Shown here piece by piece: positions 17,030 to 34,873 of a stretch of 64,000 bases of DNA. Each line of letters begins with the position of its first letter. Positions within the stretch are counted from its first letter, which is position 1. The notes under the pieces were generated by a model. It was not told where the DNA came from, did no database searches, and worked only from the letters and a program-made list of their open reading frames with translations. Position numbers and translations under genes: made by a program. Location of the stretch: NCBI RefSeq assembly GCF_009914755.1, contig NC_060929.1. One strand, given 5' to 3'. This stretch comes from the human T2T-CHM13v2.0 reference genome, Homo sapiens.

Positions 17030-17245
17030 GCATCCTCTGTTCCCCTCACTTTATTTTTCTTCATTGCACTTCACACCTGACAAGGAATATGTTTATTTGT
17101 TTACTTATTGTCTACCTCCCCACCAAGAACATGAGCACCATGTGGCCAGTAGCTATGTCTGTTTTGTTCATTGCCCTATCACCAGCTTCTAGAAAGGCAA
17201 TGGCACATAGTGGCTACTAATAAATAATCGTTGAATGTTTGTTGA
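17030..17245 (+). mobile_element. L2 3' terminus
   Basis: 'ttgttcattgccctatcaccagcttctagaa...tggcacatagtggctactaataaata'. Confidence 0.75.
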
Positions 17246-17610
17246 GAAGATATTTGCATTTCTACAACCCTTTTTCTGAATTATGTATTATATAAGAACA
17301 TTTAAGTATTATAGCAATATCAACTGATGATTATCTTCAACTATTTAAATGAAATTTGATATGCATGCAAAAAGTAGAAATCTATGCTATCAGCAACATG
17401 TCCACTTACCATGCAAACTGGTACCATGGTTGATTGAATCATAAATCACAGCAGCATCACTTTTGCAACTAAAACACCTCAGAAGGAGCAAATAGGCTAC
17501 AGAGCTGTGCTGTCTAATACATTAATCACTAGCCACAAATGCCCACTGAGCACTTGAAATGTGGTGAGTCTGAATTGAAATATGTTATAAGTATTAAAAA
17601 AAAAAAGTAA

Positions 17611-21910
<4,300 letters not shown>

Positions 21911-21932
21911 CCACACAAGTATTCAGTCTTAG

Positions 21933-22120
21933 TACAACAAAAGACTTAAGTTAATAATTTTTACTTTGATTACATGTTGAAATTATATTTTTATATATTG
22001 GGCTAAATAAAATATATTTTAATTACTACAACAAAAGGCTTAAATTAATAATTTTTACTTTGATTACATGTTCAAATGATTTTTATATATTGGGCTAAAT
22101 AAAAAAATATATTTTAATTA
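21933..22120. repeat. 94-bp tandem duplication in the MER3-like element
   Basis: 'tacaacaaaag.cttaa.ttaataatttttactttgattacatgtt...ttgggctaaataaaa...atattttaatta' at 21933 and 22027. Confidence 0.92.
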
Positions 22121-22278
22121 GCTTCTCCTATTTCCTTTTCCTTTCTTTAATGTGGCTAAGAGAAAATTGAATATCTTTGGCTTGAATTTGTAGCTTACCT
22201 CTTACTTCTGTTGGACAGATTACTACAGAGTGCCAGCTTTGCAAACTCAAGCCTGGGAACTTGAATGATAAACACTAA

Positions 22279-22678
<400 letters not shown>

Positions 22679-23399
22679 CATTCTTTTTCTCTTGAGCTAA
22701 TTGTTTAATGTCTCCGTGAGATGGTACTTTTTTTATGCCAAGAATTCCAATAGTGGAATTCCTGACAAAGCAAATGCCACAGGGGGTAGCCACAAAATGC
22801 CCTCGGTACATGAAATATCTTGCTCATTAATTTTGATGCCAGAGACAGTTTGATATCTCTCTGTTTAAAAATCTTGCACATTAAATCAGCAACATTGAAA
22901 AAATTGGCTTCTCTCAATCCTTACTCCCTTGCTACCTGCACATACTGTTCTCCCTTCTTGGGATTTCCATTTCATTTTCATCAATTTTAAATGTTTTCTC
23001 ATCTGGTGATATTAACAAAGAGGCCTGAATTGTTGCTTATCTACTTTTGAGGTCTATTTATTTTATCCCTCATCACCCAGAGTGGGATTAGAGTTCATCC
23101 AGTAACTGTTAAGTCTTAGAGACAAAGCCTTCTAATTTTTTGCTTCAGTCCTGCTTCTCGGGAGACAATAGTCAAAATGAATGAATGAACCACCTAGGCC
23201 CCAGGAATATTATCTACATTGCTCAGCTGATTTCTCAAAATCAAAAGAAATCCAGAGGAACCGCTCTGATTTTCCACAAGTCAAGGTTTAGATGCCACCC
23301 ACGGTCCATCCCTGATTTCCCATGCCAAGTCCAATGGCTAGACTTGTTTGTAGACGTGTTTGGCTAGACTTGGAGGCAGGGAGATCAGAGAGTGTGGTC

Positions 23400-23580
23400 C
23401 TGGGACAGACACTTCAGAATCACTTGGGATCTTATTAAAAATCCAGATCAGTAGGCCTCATCTTATACTTCCTGAGTCAGAAATCCTGAGAGGATTTCCG
23501 GAAAAAATGTCCAGTCTTAGCCTGGAAATCTGTACTTCAGTAAGCTTCCCATGTACATGCGCCCTAAAGCTTGAGAACCA
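23400..23580. mobile_element. MER5-type hAT MITE
   Basis: 'cagaatcacttgggatcttattaaaaat...aaagcttgagaacca'. Confidence 0.65.
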
Positions 23581-24283
23581 GAGAGAAGTGTAAGCAACAA
23601 TATGGAAGGGAAAATGCAGGGAGAAGACTAAGGAAAAAGCAGACAGAAAGGCAGGGATAAGCCTTTCCAGAGGGTGGTATTGATGTACATTTCCATACTA
23701 TCATGTAACTTTTTCTTTCTCAAACATTTTTCTTTAGAATACATTGCACAACACTCATAAGCACATTGTCTCCCAATGTCTTCACCAATGACAGCTGAAG
23801 CATTGTGCCAACATTTATGAAAGATAAATAAGGGTAGGCTACATCTATAGTTCTCTTCTAGGTAGCCTTGTGAAATCCTTGACAAAAATGAATTGAGCCC
23901 AGATAGGATATTCTAAGGAAGAAAGCACAATAGAGCTTACTGATAAAGACAGCCTGTTCTACCCACTCCAAAGCCAGGCTGATTATAGTAATTGTGGACC
24001 CCTTCATAGTGTCTGCAAAGCTCCCCAAGGTCCTCTGAATTCCTCAGCCCACCAGCTCCACAAGCCATATTTATACAACATGACCCTGCCCTTAAGTCAC
24101 AGTTGTCTGGCCCTTTCTTTGGGGAACATGGAAGTGAGGCTGAGAGATTCTTGTTCAGTCTAGGCTAGTCTCCTAAATGGGGTAGATACAAATTCAAAAG
24201 CTGTAACATGGCTGTATTCTGGCATCCCTGTGATCTAAGAAAAAGAGAAAGCTGGTGCTCAGGGTTAATAAAAAATAAGAGAC

Positions 24284-26834
<2,551 letters not shown>

Positions 26835-27041
26835 AAGGTCAAACTTTTGTTCTATTCAGACTTTCAATTGATTGGATGAGGGCCACTTACATTAGGAAGA
26901 GCAATCTGCTTTACTCAGTATACCCATTCAAATGGTAATCTCTTCCAGAAACGCCCTCACAGACAAACCCAGAATCATGTCTAACCAAATATCTGGGCAC
27001 CCTGTTGCCTAGGCAAGTTGACACATAAAATTAACCATCAT
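26835..27041 (+). mobile_element. MLT2 LTR, 3' part only
   Basis: 'gattggatgagggccac...ccagaaacgccctcacagac...caagttgacacataaaattaaccatca'. Confidence 0.85.
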
Positions 27042-27387
27042 GGGGACTCTCTCAACCTGTTGCAAACATACCTCATTTGGCCTGTACTGCAATTCCAGCT
27101 ACAGGCCTCAGGATTTAGCTTTGGTACATCACCCTCATCAACACCTGCCCAATGGGTACTGGTTTTGTAGAGATACAGTGCAAAAATTAAACAAGAGATT
27201 CCAAACATCTCTTATGTAAATCACACTTCAGTAAAGAAAAATAAGCAAAAGGAGTGAAATGAGGGCAATGCTTCTGCCATATGACCTGCAGTGAGATCTT
27301 GCCTCTCGACAACTGTCAGAACATCCTTAATGCATAGACAGATGCCCAACTGGAAAGTCAGAAGCCTCAAGCTGAGGAAGCAGTATG

Positions 27388-27956
27388 TTTGAAGTAACAG
27401 AGGTCTCCAAGACCATCCCAGGTTTGGTCAGAAGATTTAGTACTCAAAGTCATGATATATTATGCTGAAAATATACAAATCAAAATCAGCAAAGGAAAAA
27501 GGCACATGGGCAAAGTCCAGAAGAAACCAGGAACATGCTTCCAAGAGTCCTCTCCCAGTGGAGCCACATCTCCTCTATGCTTAATTCCTCCAGTATCAAA
27601 TTGTGATAATATATGTCAAAGGCTCTCTACTAGGGAAGCTCACTAGAGACTCATCACCCAGGGTTCTTATTAGGAGCTGCTCATGTAGGTACCCTCTACT
27701 TGGCACAGACCAAAATTCCAGGCTCCCAGAGGGAAAGCAAGTGTGCAGCATAAACCACATTGTTTGCATAAACAATTTAGGCACAGGGAAGGAATCAGTA
27801 AATGATGAGAACTACACTTATGCCCCTTCCTTTGCATTTTAGCTAAAGGGACATTCCCTTTAAACAAGTTCCCAGACACCAGACAAGAGTTAACCTTGCA
27901 AGCAAGCTATTCTAAGAATAGTAGTCTCAAGCCTACTATATGATTTTTTTAACACA
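27388..27956 (-). mobile_element. MER21-family LTR
   Basis: 'ggtctccaagaccatccc...gcttccaagagtcctctcccagtggag...cagcataaaccacattgtttgca'. Confidence 0.75.
27812..27866. repeat. 55-bp dispersed direct repeat (other copy at 29698-29752)
   Basis: ctacacttatgccccttcc(t/a)ttgcattttagctaaagggacattccctttaaaca, with one mismatch. Confidence 0.95.
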
Positions 27957-28072
27957 AGCAGGAAAGAACACGTGCACACAGACACAGGATTTGGGATGAG
28001 TGTGAGAATGGAGGAAAAGCAACTGTTACAGAGAGGGAGGTGGGAAAAGTGAAATTCAGTAACAAAAAGTTG

Positions 28073-28788
28073 TGAAATGTAGAGTTCCCTGACCCCCTCA
28101 TGGGACTTGCAACAGGGGTGCTGCTCATTTGCTCAATGGTTGTAGGCTCAAACCACTTATGGGAGAGGGGCGGGTGCAGGAGCCAGGGTGAGCACTTTTG
28201 GGCTCCAGCCACATGGTAGCATCCAGGGGTGTGTTACAATTAATGCTCTTTTAGAAATTGTCATCCTTAGATGGCTAAGTGTTACACCAGCTCAGTGGAG
28301 AGTCAGGGTAACACCCTTTTACACACTGCCCTATTGGTACCAAGGTCCTTGTCCAGCACCCAGGAAAAATCAGGTCGCACAAATGAAGGATGGTGAATGT
28401 GGGTATTTTATTGAGTGATGGGGTGGCTCCCAGTGGGATGGATGGGGAGCTGGAAAGGGGATGGAGTGGGAAAATGATCTTCCCCTGGAGTTGGTCATCC
28501 CATGGCCAGTCTCCTCTCCAACCATCCCCAGCCAAACTCCTCTTGATGTTCAGACACTCCTTCTCTTCTCTTCTCTGCTGTGCTGCTCTGCAGTGGAGTT
28601 TGGGGTTTATATAGGCACAGGATAGGGTCATGGTGGGCCACAGTGGTCTTGGAAAAGACAACATTTGGGCACATAAACAGGAATGCCTGTTCCCATTTAG
28701 GGCCAGGGGTTTCCAGTCTTGAGAGTGGGGCCTTTGCCAGGGAACTCCTCTCTTCTACCCAGCATTTCCTTGCCTCCTGTCTATATCA
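28073..28788 (-). mobile_element. MER50-family ERV1 solo LTR
   Basis: Minus strand begins tgatatagacaggaggcaaggaaatgctgggtagaagag; TG..CA ends; 4-bp TSD gttg. Confidence 0.85.
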
Positions 28789-28833
28789 GTTGGGCCAAGA
28801 ACTGGACTTTTTTTCTGCCACTTTCTCCTGCAG

Positions 28834-29112
28834 GTCTCACTGCAGGAACTTGGAGATGTATTGTCCCTAGTTCAGAAGTCTGTGGAGGGTGAGAGTGGGA
28901 GCACTTACTTCAATGATCACACAAGGAAGGCAATAGAATTTACCAACTCTCTTAAGAATTTGGGTACTCAGCCAGAACACATGGACAGAGATCATAAGGT
29001 CATCACTGAGTACCGCAATATATCCAGAAGTCCTATTTACAACAGTGATCAGCAGAAATGTGAAATTCTGAATGCTCACATGAACTGTCTGCAGTCGGTG
29101 GAGCAGAACTGA
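28834..29112 (+). other. Exon-like open frame of 93 codons including the stop; possible decayed Occludin/ELL-domain sequence
   Basis: Acceptor-like ctttctcctgcag, open frame to TGA, AATAAA at 29261 and 29332; weak by-eye similarity to ELL-family C-termini. Confidence 0.25.
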
Positions 29113-29117
29113 GCCTC
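28909..29117 (-). other. Candidate 209-nt spliced exon, probably non-coding
   Basis: Minus-strand acceptor tctacctcttttacttgtgcag and donor gaa|gtaagt. Confidence 0.35.
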
Positions 29118-31337
29118 CTGCACAAGTAAAAGAGGTAGACAAAGGTTGCAGGGCTGTAGCAAGGAAAGGAACACAACTAATGAACACTTGCAATTGAATG
29201 AACGTATCTTCAAGATGTTGCTATTTAATTATTCATTGCACACAAGTTCTAAAGATGCTAAATAAAGTAGAATTTGCTGTTACTAGAGTTTCTTCAGTCG
29301 CAATAGAATATTCTCTTTTTGTTACTCAGAAAATAAAAATTAACAACTCATCTGTGATTCAAGAAACATTTGCAGAAATATTTTTGCTTTTTTTGGTCAT
29401 GAGGTTAGAACCACAAATATGTATCATATGTTAAAAGAAAGCCAACCTTAAATCAACAGATACAATGGCACTGTAAAGCAGAGATCTTACAGGAGAAAAG
29501 ATTCCTGGTGGCAAACAATTGCTCTTGCCTTAGGATTAGAGTTGTGTGTATTTAAAAGGCAATTGTTTTTATTTTTAAAGTGGTTGCCTAAAAATTCTTG
29601 GCATCATCTGAGAAAACCTCAAGGACAAAGGCAGAATCTAAATGCAAAAATGCTTTGGATGGCCTTACCAACTCTCCATCACAGACTGAGAGCTGTGCTA
29701 CACTTATGCCCCTTCCATTGCATTTTAGCTAAAGGGACATTCCCTTTAAACATGTAAATATCTCTTATAACCATAAAAATTCTTCAGATACCAACCCCAG
29801 GGGAAGGCTGAAAAGCAAGATGAGCCCATCTGTTAGCTTAATAGGAAAGGCTCAGAGCCTGGGGAGGACATAAACAATGTCTTCCAAGAAGCATCTTTCT
29901 CCCTCTCTCTGATTCTATTATACTGATAGTCATTTACATAATAGTAACTTACTTTTTAACAGACTGAAAAGTTCAATGTCTGAAGTCAAGGGGACCCACC
30001 ATCTTTGTTGGATTAGACAGGATCTAGGAAATTGCAAAGAAAATGTGAAATTTCTGCCCAAGTCTATGGATGATAAAGGAGTCTGTCCACAGATGTAATC
30101 ATCCAATACATAGTGCTATGTCCCACACTCATGGGAAAGATACTCTAAAAGCTTTCAACATTGCAAGCATCTTGAGTCTTCCTCCCTCTTCCTTATCACT
30201 AACAAGCGGTAGAAATACTTGTATTTGATTTGTACTTTTGGGGGAAAATCTTTTTATATTAAAATGCACTTGATGATTCTATCTTTCATAAATCTAAGTG
30301 TAAAAACACAAAACACGGAGGAAGAAAACTAGATTGTGCTCCTGCTGAAAAGCAGTGGGTGGGTGCAGAGACACTGATCGAGCTCTCTCCATCCTGCAGC
30401 TAGGCTGGGGGATGACAGTTTTTCCCATCACCCTCTTGGTTCCCAAACTGTATTAGACATCTTCCTGTCTGTAGTTTCTCCCCCGCACCAGATTTCTGAG
30501 TTGCTTTAGAGACAAAAGGGAACAAGCCTGGTATACTCTCACATATTAGAATGATGATGGCCAGAAATCTATTAGATTTCTTGTGAAAAAAGTTACAGGG
30601 TCAGATTTAAGATACAATATGGGGTGATGAAGTGGTTATCTAATTGGGCCATACCCCATGATTCTGTGGAAAATTCCAAAGTGGGTGAAAGGAAAACCAA
30701 GGGTAGACCTGGCGACTACCCCTACTTTGGTCAGAGCTGCTCCTTCCTTATTTATCTGCATGTATGTGCTCACATGTGTATACCCATGTGTCTATGCATA
30801 GGAATGTGCATATATGTATTTCTCATATGATTGATCTGAAAAAAAGGATTGTGTTACCTAGAAAAACAATTTAACAGTTTATGAACTATTGCTGGAGATG
30901 ACGAAGTAGTGAACTAAGAATCAAATAATTAATTTCCTATGTGGCCTCAGGCAAGTAACTTCACCCCTCTAAACCCTTTTAACCTGATCAGCTAAATAAA
31001 AGGGGTAGCCTTTCTGTTGTCCAAAGTCCCTCCAGCTCTGGAAGTTTTGATGCTTTGATGGAGACGGGAGTATCTCGAGGGAAGGAGTCAAACTATCACA
31101 AGTGTGCAGAACTCTCCTTGGAAATCAGAGAGGCCATCAACACCTTTGGAAAGGGTGAAATGCCTTTTCCTGTGTTAAAGCAAATGCAATACTTGGCAAA
31201 ATGCCACTCCAAGCCATGTCTCAGTCCCCAGATACTTTCTGAGATAGATAGCTTCTGGGCCATAGAAAACAGAAGTCCAAATCTTGCATTGAAAATAATC
31301 GCTTTTTCCCCCTAGAAACTCTTCACTTTGCTTCTGT

Positions 31338-31919
31338 TGTAAACCAAAAATAAACTTCTAAGGCCCCACAACCATCTGAATGGACTTCCTCTTTGGCCAG
31401 GGCACTCTTAAAATTTAACCTGAGAGACTGGTTCAGGCCATGACAGGAAGTATGGGTCAGACAGACTTCATTATACCTCTCCTACATTAAAATCAACACA
31501 GACCTTAAGTCTGATAAGAAGCATTTACCATCTATTCTCTCTAAAGCCTGCTACCTGGAGGCTTCATCTGCATGATAAAACTTTGGTTTCTACAATCTCT
31601 TATCACAACCCAGACAATTCCTTTCTATTGAACCCAGGTCTTTAAACTCAACCAATTGTCAACCAGAAAATCTTAAATCTACCTATAACCTGAAAGTCCC
31701 CCTACCTCTGAGTTGTCCTGCCTTTCTGGACTGAACCAATGTACATCTTAAGTGTATTTGACTGAAATCTCCTGTCTCCCTAAAATGCAACCAAGCTACA
31801 CCCCAACCACCTTGGTCACAGGACCTCCTGAGGGTGGTGTCATGAGCCATGCTCACTCATATCTGGCTCAGAATAAATCTCTTCAAAGATTTCATAGAGT
31901 TTTACTCTTTTCATTGACA
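31338..31919 (+). mobile_element. MER4B-like ERV1 solo LTR
   Basis: 'tgtaaaccaaaaataaa.ttctaaggcccc...aataaatctcttcaa...cattgaca'. Confidence 0.85.
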
Positions 31920-32108
31920 GTGTATACCTCCCCCCACCCACATGCACATGCACACACACTTTATTGTCCACAGCACTAGAACACTACTATAAGCAAGGAA
32001 ATTCAGCATCTCCCTGAACACATAGAGGAACTATGGGCTCAGATTTGGGATTGATTGGCAGCCAACTCCCTGGAAAAGGTCAACCTATCAGGAATTCGTG
32101 AATGGGGC

Positions 32109-32682
32109 TGTCAGATACAGTAAGTTCCTCTTCAAAGGTTTAATTTCTGACTCCCTTGTTCTTTGTTTTGAGATTAACTTCCTTGTCCCTTCTCCTAAGC
32201 TACCTGCTCTGTAAACAACTTCTCCCACCAGTCGCAATCTGTAACTCACATCTCTTCCTTATTTGGAAAGAGTCCTCTTTTACTCCTAGCTACCCATTCT
32301 GTAAACTGCCCCTCCCACCGAAAGAGATTTTCCCACCGAAACCACCCTTCCCACATTTGCCACACCCTGACATGCCCAAACATGCCTTGTACTGTAAAGG
32401 ACAGCCTCTCCCTTCTCGCCTAATTAGCCATACTCAATTTTAAACAGTAGCCAATCAGGTCAGTTTAGATTGTGCAGTCCAACTCCAGCCAATGGGGACA
32501 GGACACAGAAGCAGGGACTAACTGCATTAGGCATAAAAACCCCTTCCCTCCTTTGTTTGGTGTGCCCTCACAGCGGCCAGAAGTGCGAGTGGCACCCTTC
32601 TGCAGAAGTAAATTTGCCTTGCTGAGAAATCCTTTGTTTGAGTGCTCCTTTTTCTTGTGACTCTGAGCTCTTGTTTCCAACA
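32109..32682 (+). mobile_element. LTR10-family (HERV-I, LTR10B-like) solo LTR
   Basis: 'tgtcagatacagtaagttcctcttcaaagg...gcagaagtaaatttgccttgctgaga...ttgtttccaaca'; CCAAT boxes and a TATA-like cataaaa. Confidence 0.85.
32368..32387. promoter_or_regulatory. p53 response element candidate
   Basis: TGACATGCCC AAACATGCCT: two RRRCWWGYYY half-sites with no spacer, 19/20 match. Confidence 0.7.
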
Positions 32683-33508
32683 AGGCAAAAAAAAAAAGTA
32701 TCTTCAGGCCATCCAGTTACACTTTCTGGAACCTCTTTGTCTTAAACTCTTCAAGCACCAGGTATCAATTTGGCAGCTGTATGAGATGCTATGCTAGAAG
32801 CCAAGGGTACAGAGGTGAGCAAAGCAGAGTCTCCAGTTCAAGAAGGCCTTGGCCTGTGGGTAGGCAAAAAATACCCACTATAATGTAAAATGCTGAGGAC
32901 TCTCAGAGCTGAAGCAGGAATGTCTTGGGCATTATTCTTTACTTAGTGCCTAGCAAAACTTCAGTAACATAGCACATGCTCAATATAGATTTGTAAAATG
33001 AATAAACTTATGGAAATGTAGGAGGAAAAGCAGTTAGTTTTGACTGGTTTGTGGGTGGGGGAGAAAGCAATTGAAACTGTACCATTTGTTCATAGGGAGA
33101 CTCTGATAAGCTGTGAAATGCCTGATGACACTTGTTACTCTTCTTTCTAGGAATTTGTTCATCTTACCAGGATACAGAAAACTTCCAGTCAAGGGAATAA
33201 ATCTCTGATGTTAAAATACTAGACATAACCAAGTGAGGTTTCTGAGGGTTGGTTTGTTTAGGCTTTAGGTAGAAATGGGTACACGGAAATGTTCAGTCTC
33301 AGTTCTGATTATTACTGCCTTTTTTGCGTTACCACCACTCCTGCCTTCCAGCAATATGCACCAAGGCAACAAGTGATTTATAATTTAATGCTCCAAGCAC
33401 ATTAGTTTAATTGAGGGGTGCCAAAACACTAGAACCTCAAAAAGTATGATTAACATATTTCAATTTATTCAAACCTTCCTCTCCACTTATAATTAATGGG
33501 GCTGGGGA

Positions 33509-33648
33509 TACAGTTACCAGATAAAATACTGGATACCAGTTAAATTGAAATTCCAGATAAACAATAAATAATTTTTTAGTGTAAGTGTGTCCTCAACATT
33601 GCATGGAAAATACATAACCCTAGACACACGTAAAATGTGGCAGCCCTA
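33509..33648 (+). mobile_element. MER53 hAT MITE, internally deleted
   Basis: 'gttaccagataaaatac...cagttaaattgaaattccagataaacaa...tggcagcccta'. Confidence 0.75.
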
Positions 33649-33711
33649 GCTGGAGGGAGAAGAATTAAGGTAAACAGAGCAAAGAGGTATGTCCTTAATA
33701 AAAATTGCCAC

Positions 33712-34768
33712 TACAAAAGCCAAAATAGACAAATGGGATCTAATTAAACTAAAGAGCTTCTGCACAGCAAAAGAAACTACCTTTGGAATGAACAGGCAAC
33801 CTACAGAATGGGAGAACATTTTTGCAATCTACCCATCTGACAAAGGGCTAATATCAAGAATCTACAAAGAACTTAAACAAATTTATAAGGAAAAAAAAAA
33901 CAACCCCATCAAAAAGTGGGCAAAGAACTTCTCAAAAGAAGACATTTATGCAGCCAACAGACATATGAAAAAATGCTCATCATCACTGGTCATCAGAGAA
34001 ATGCAAATCAAAACCACAGTGAAATACCATCTCACACCAGTTAAAATTGTGATCATTAAAAAGTCAGGAAACAACAGATGCTGGAGAGGATGTGGAGAAA
34101 TAGGAATGCTTTTACACTGTTGGTGGGAGTGTAAACTAGTTCAACCATTGTGGAACACAGTGTGGCAATTCCTCAAGGATCTACATCTAGAAATACCATT
34201 TGACCTAGTGATCCCATTACTGGGTATATACCCAAAGGATTATAAATCATGCTACTGTAAAGACACATGCATACATATGTTTATTGCGGCACTATTCACA
34301 ATAGCAAAAACTTGGAACCAACCAAAATGTCCATCAATGATAGACTGGATTAAGAAAATGTGGCACATATACACCATGGAATACTATGCAGCCATAAAAA
34401 ATGATGAGTTCATGTCCTTTGCAGGGACATGGATGAAGCTGGAAACCATCATTCTGAGCAAACTATCACAAGGACAGAAAACCAAACACCACACGTTCTC
34501 ACCCATAGGTGGGAACTGAATAATGAGAACACTTGTACACAGGGCGGGGAACATCACACACGGGAGCCTATCATAGGGTGGGGCACAGGGGTTGGGATAG
34601 CATTAGGAGGAATACCTAATGTAAATGACAAGTTAATGGGTGCAGCAAACCAACATGGCACATGTATATCTATGTAACAAACCTGAATGTTGTGCACATG
34701 TACCCTAGAACTTAAAGCATAATTTAAAAATAAATAAATGAAATAAAATAAAGAAAAAATAAAAATAA
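33712..34768 (+). mobile_element. 5'-truncated L1PA (about PA5-7) with 15-bp TSD
   Basis: Open ORF2 C-terminal frame with the CCHC region; TSD aataaaaattgccac at 33697 and 34769. Confidence 0.96.
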
Positions 34769-34873
34769 AATAAAAATTGCCACGATATCCAAAGTTCAGG
34801 TGTTAGAGTCAGTTTCAAAGTTTCCCATATAGTCCTATTTCCTTGGAATTCCATTAGTCCTGCAAACATTTGC

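Noticed and set aside
33689-34519. Longest ORF (276 aa) as a gene
   Set aside because: It is the ORF2 C-terminus of a 5'-truncated L1. The ATG comes from flanking DNA, and there is no RT or EN domain and no promoter.
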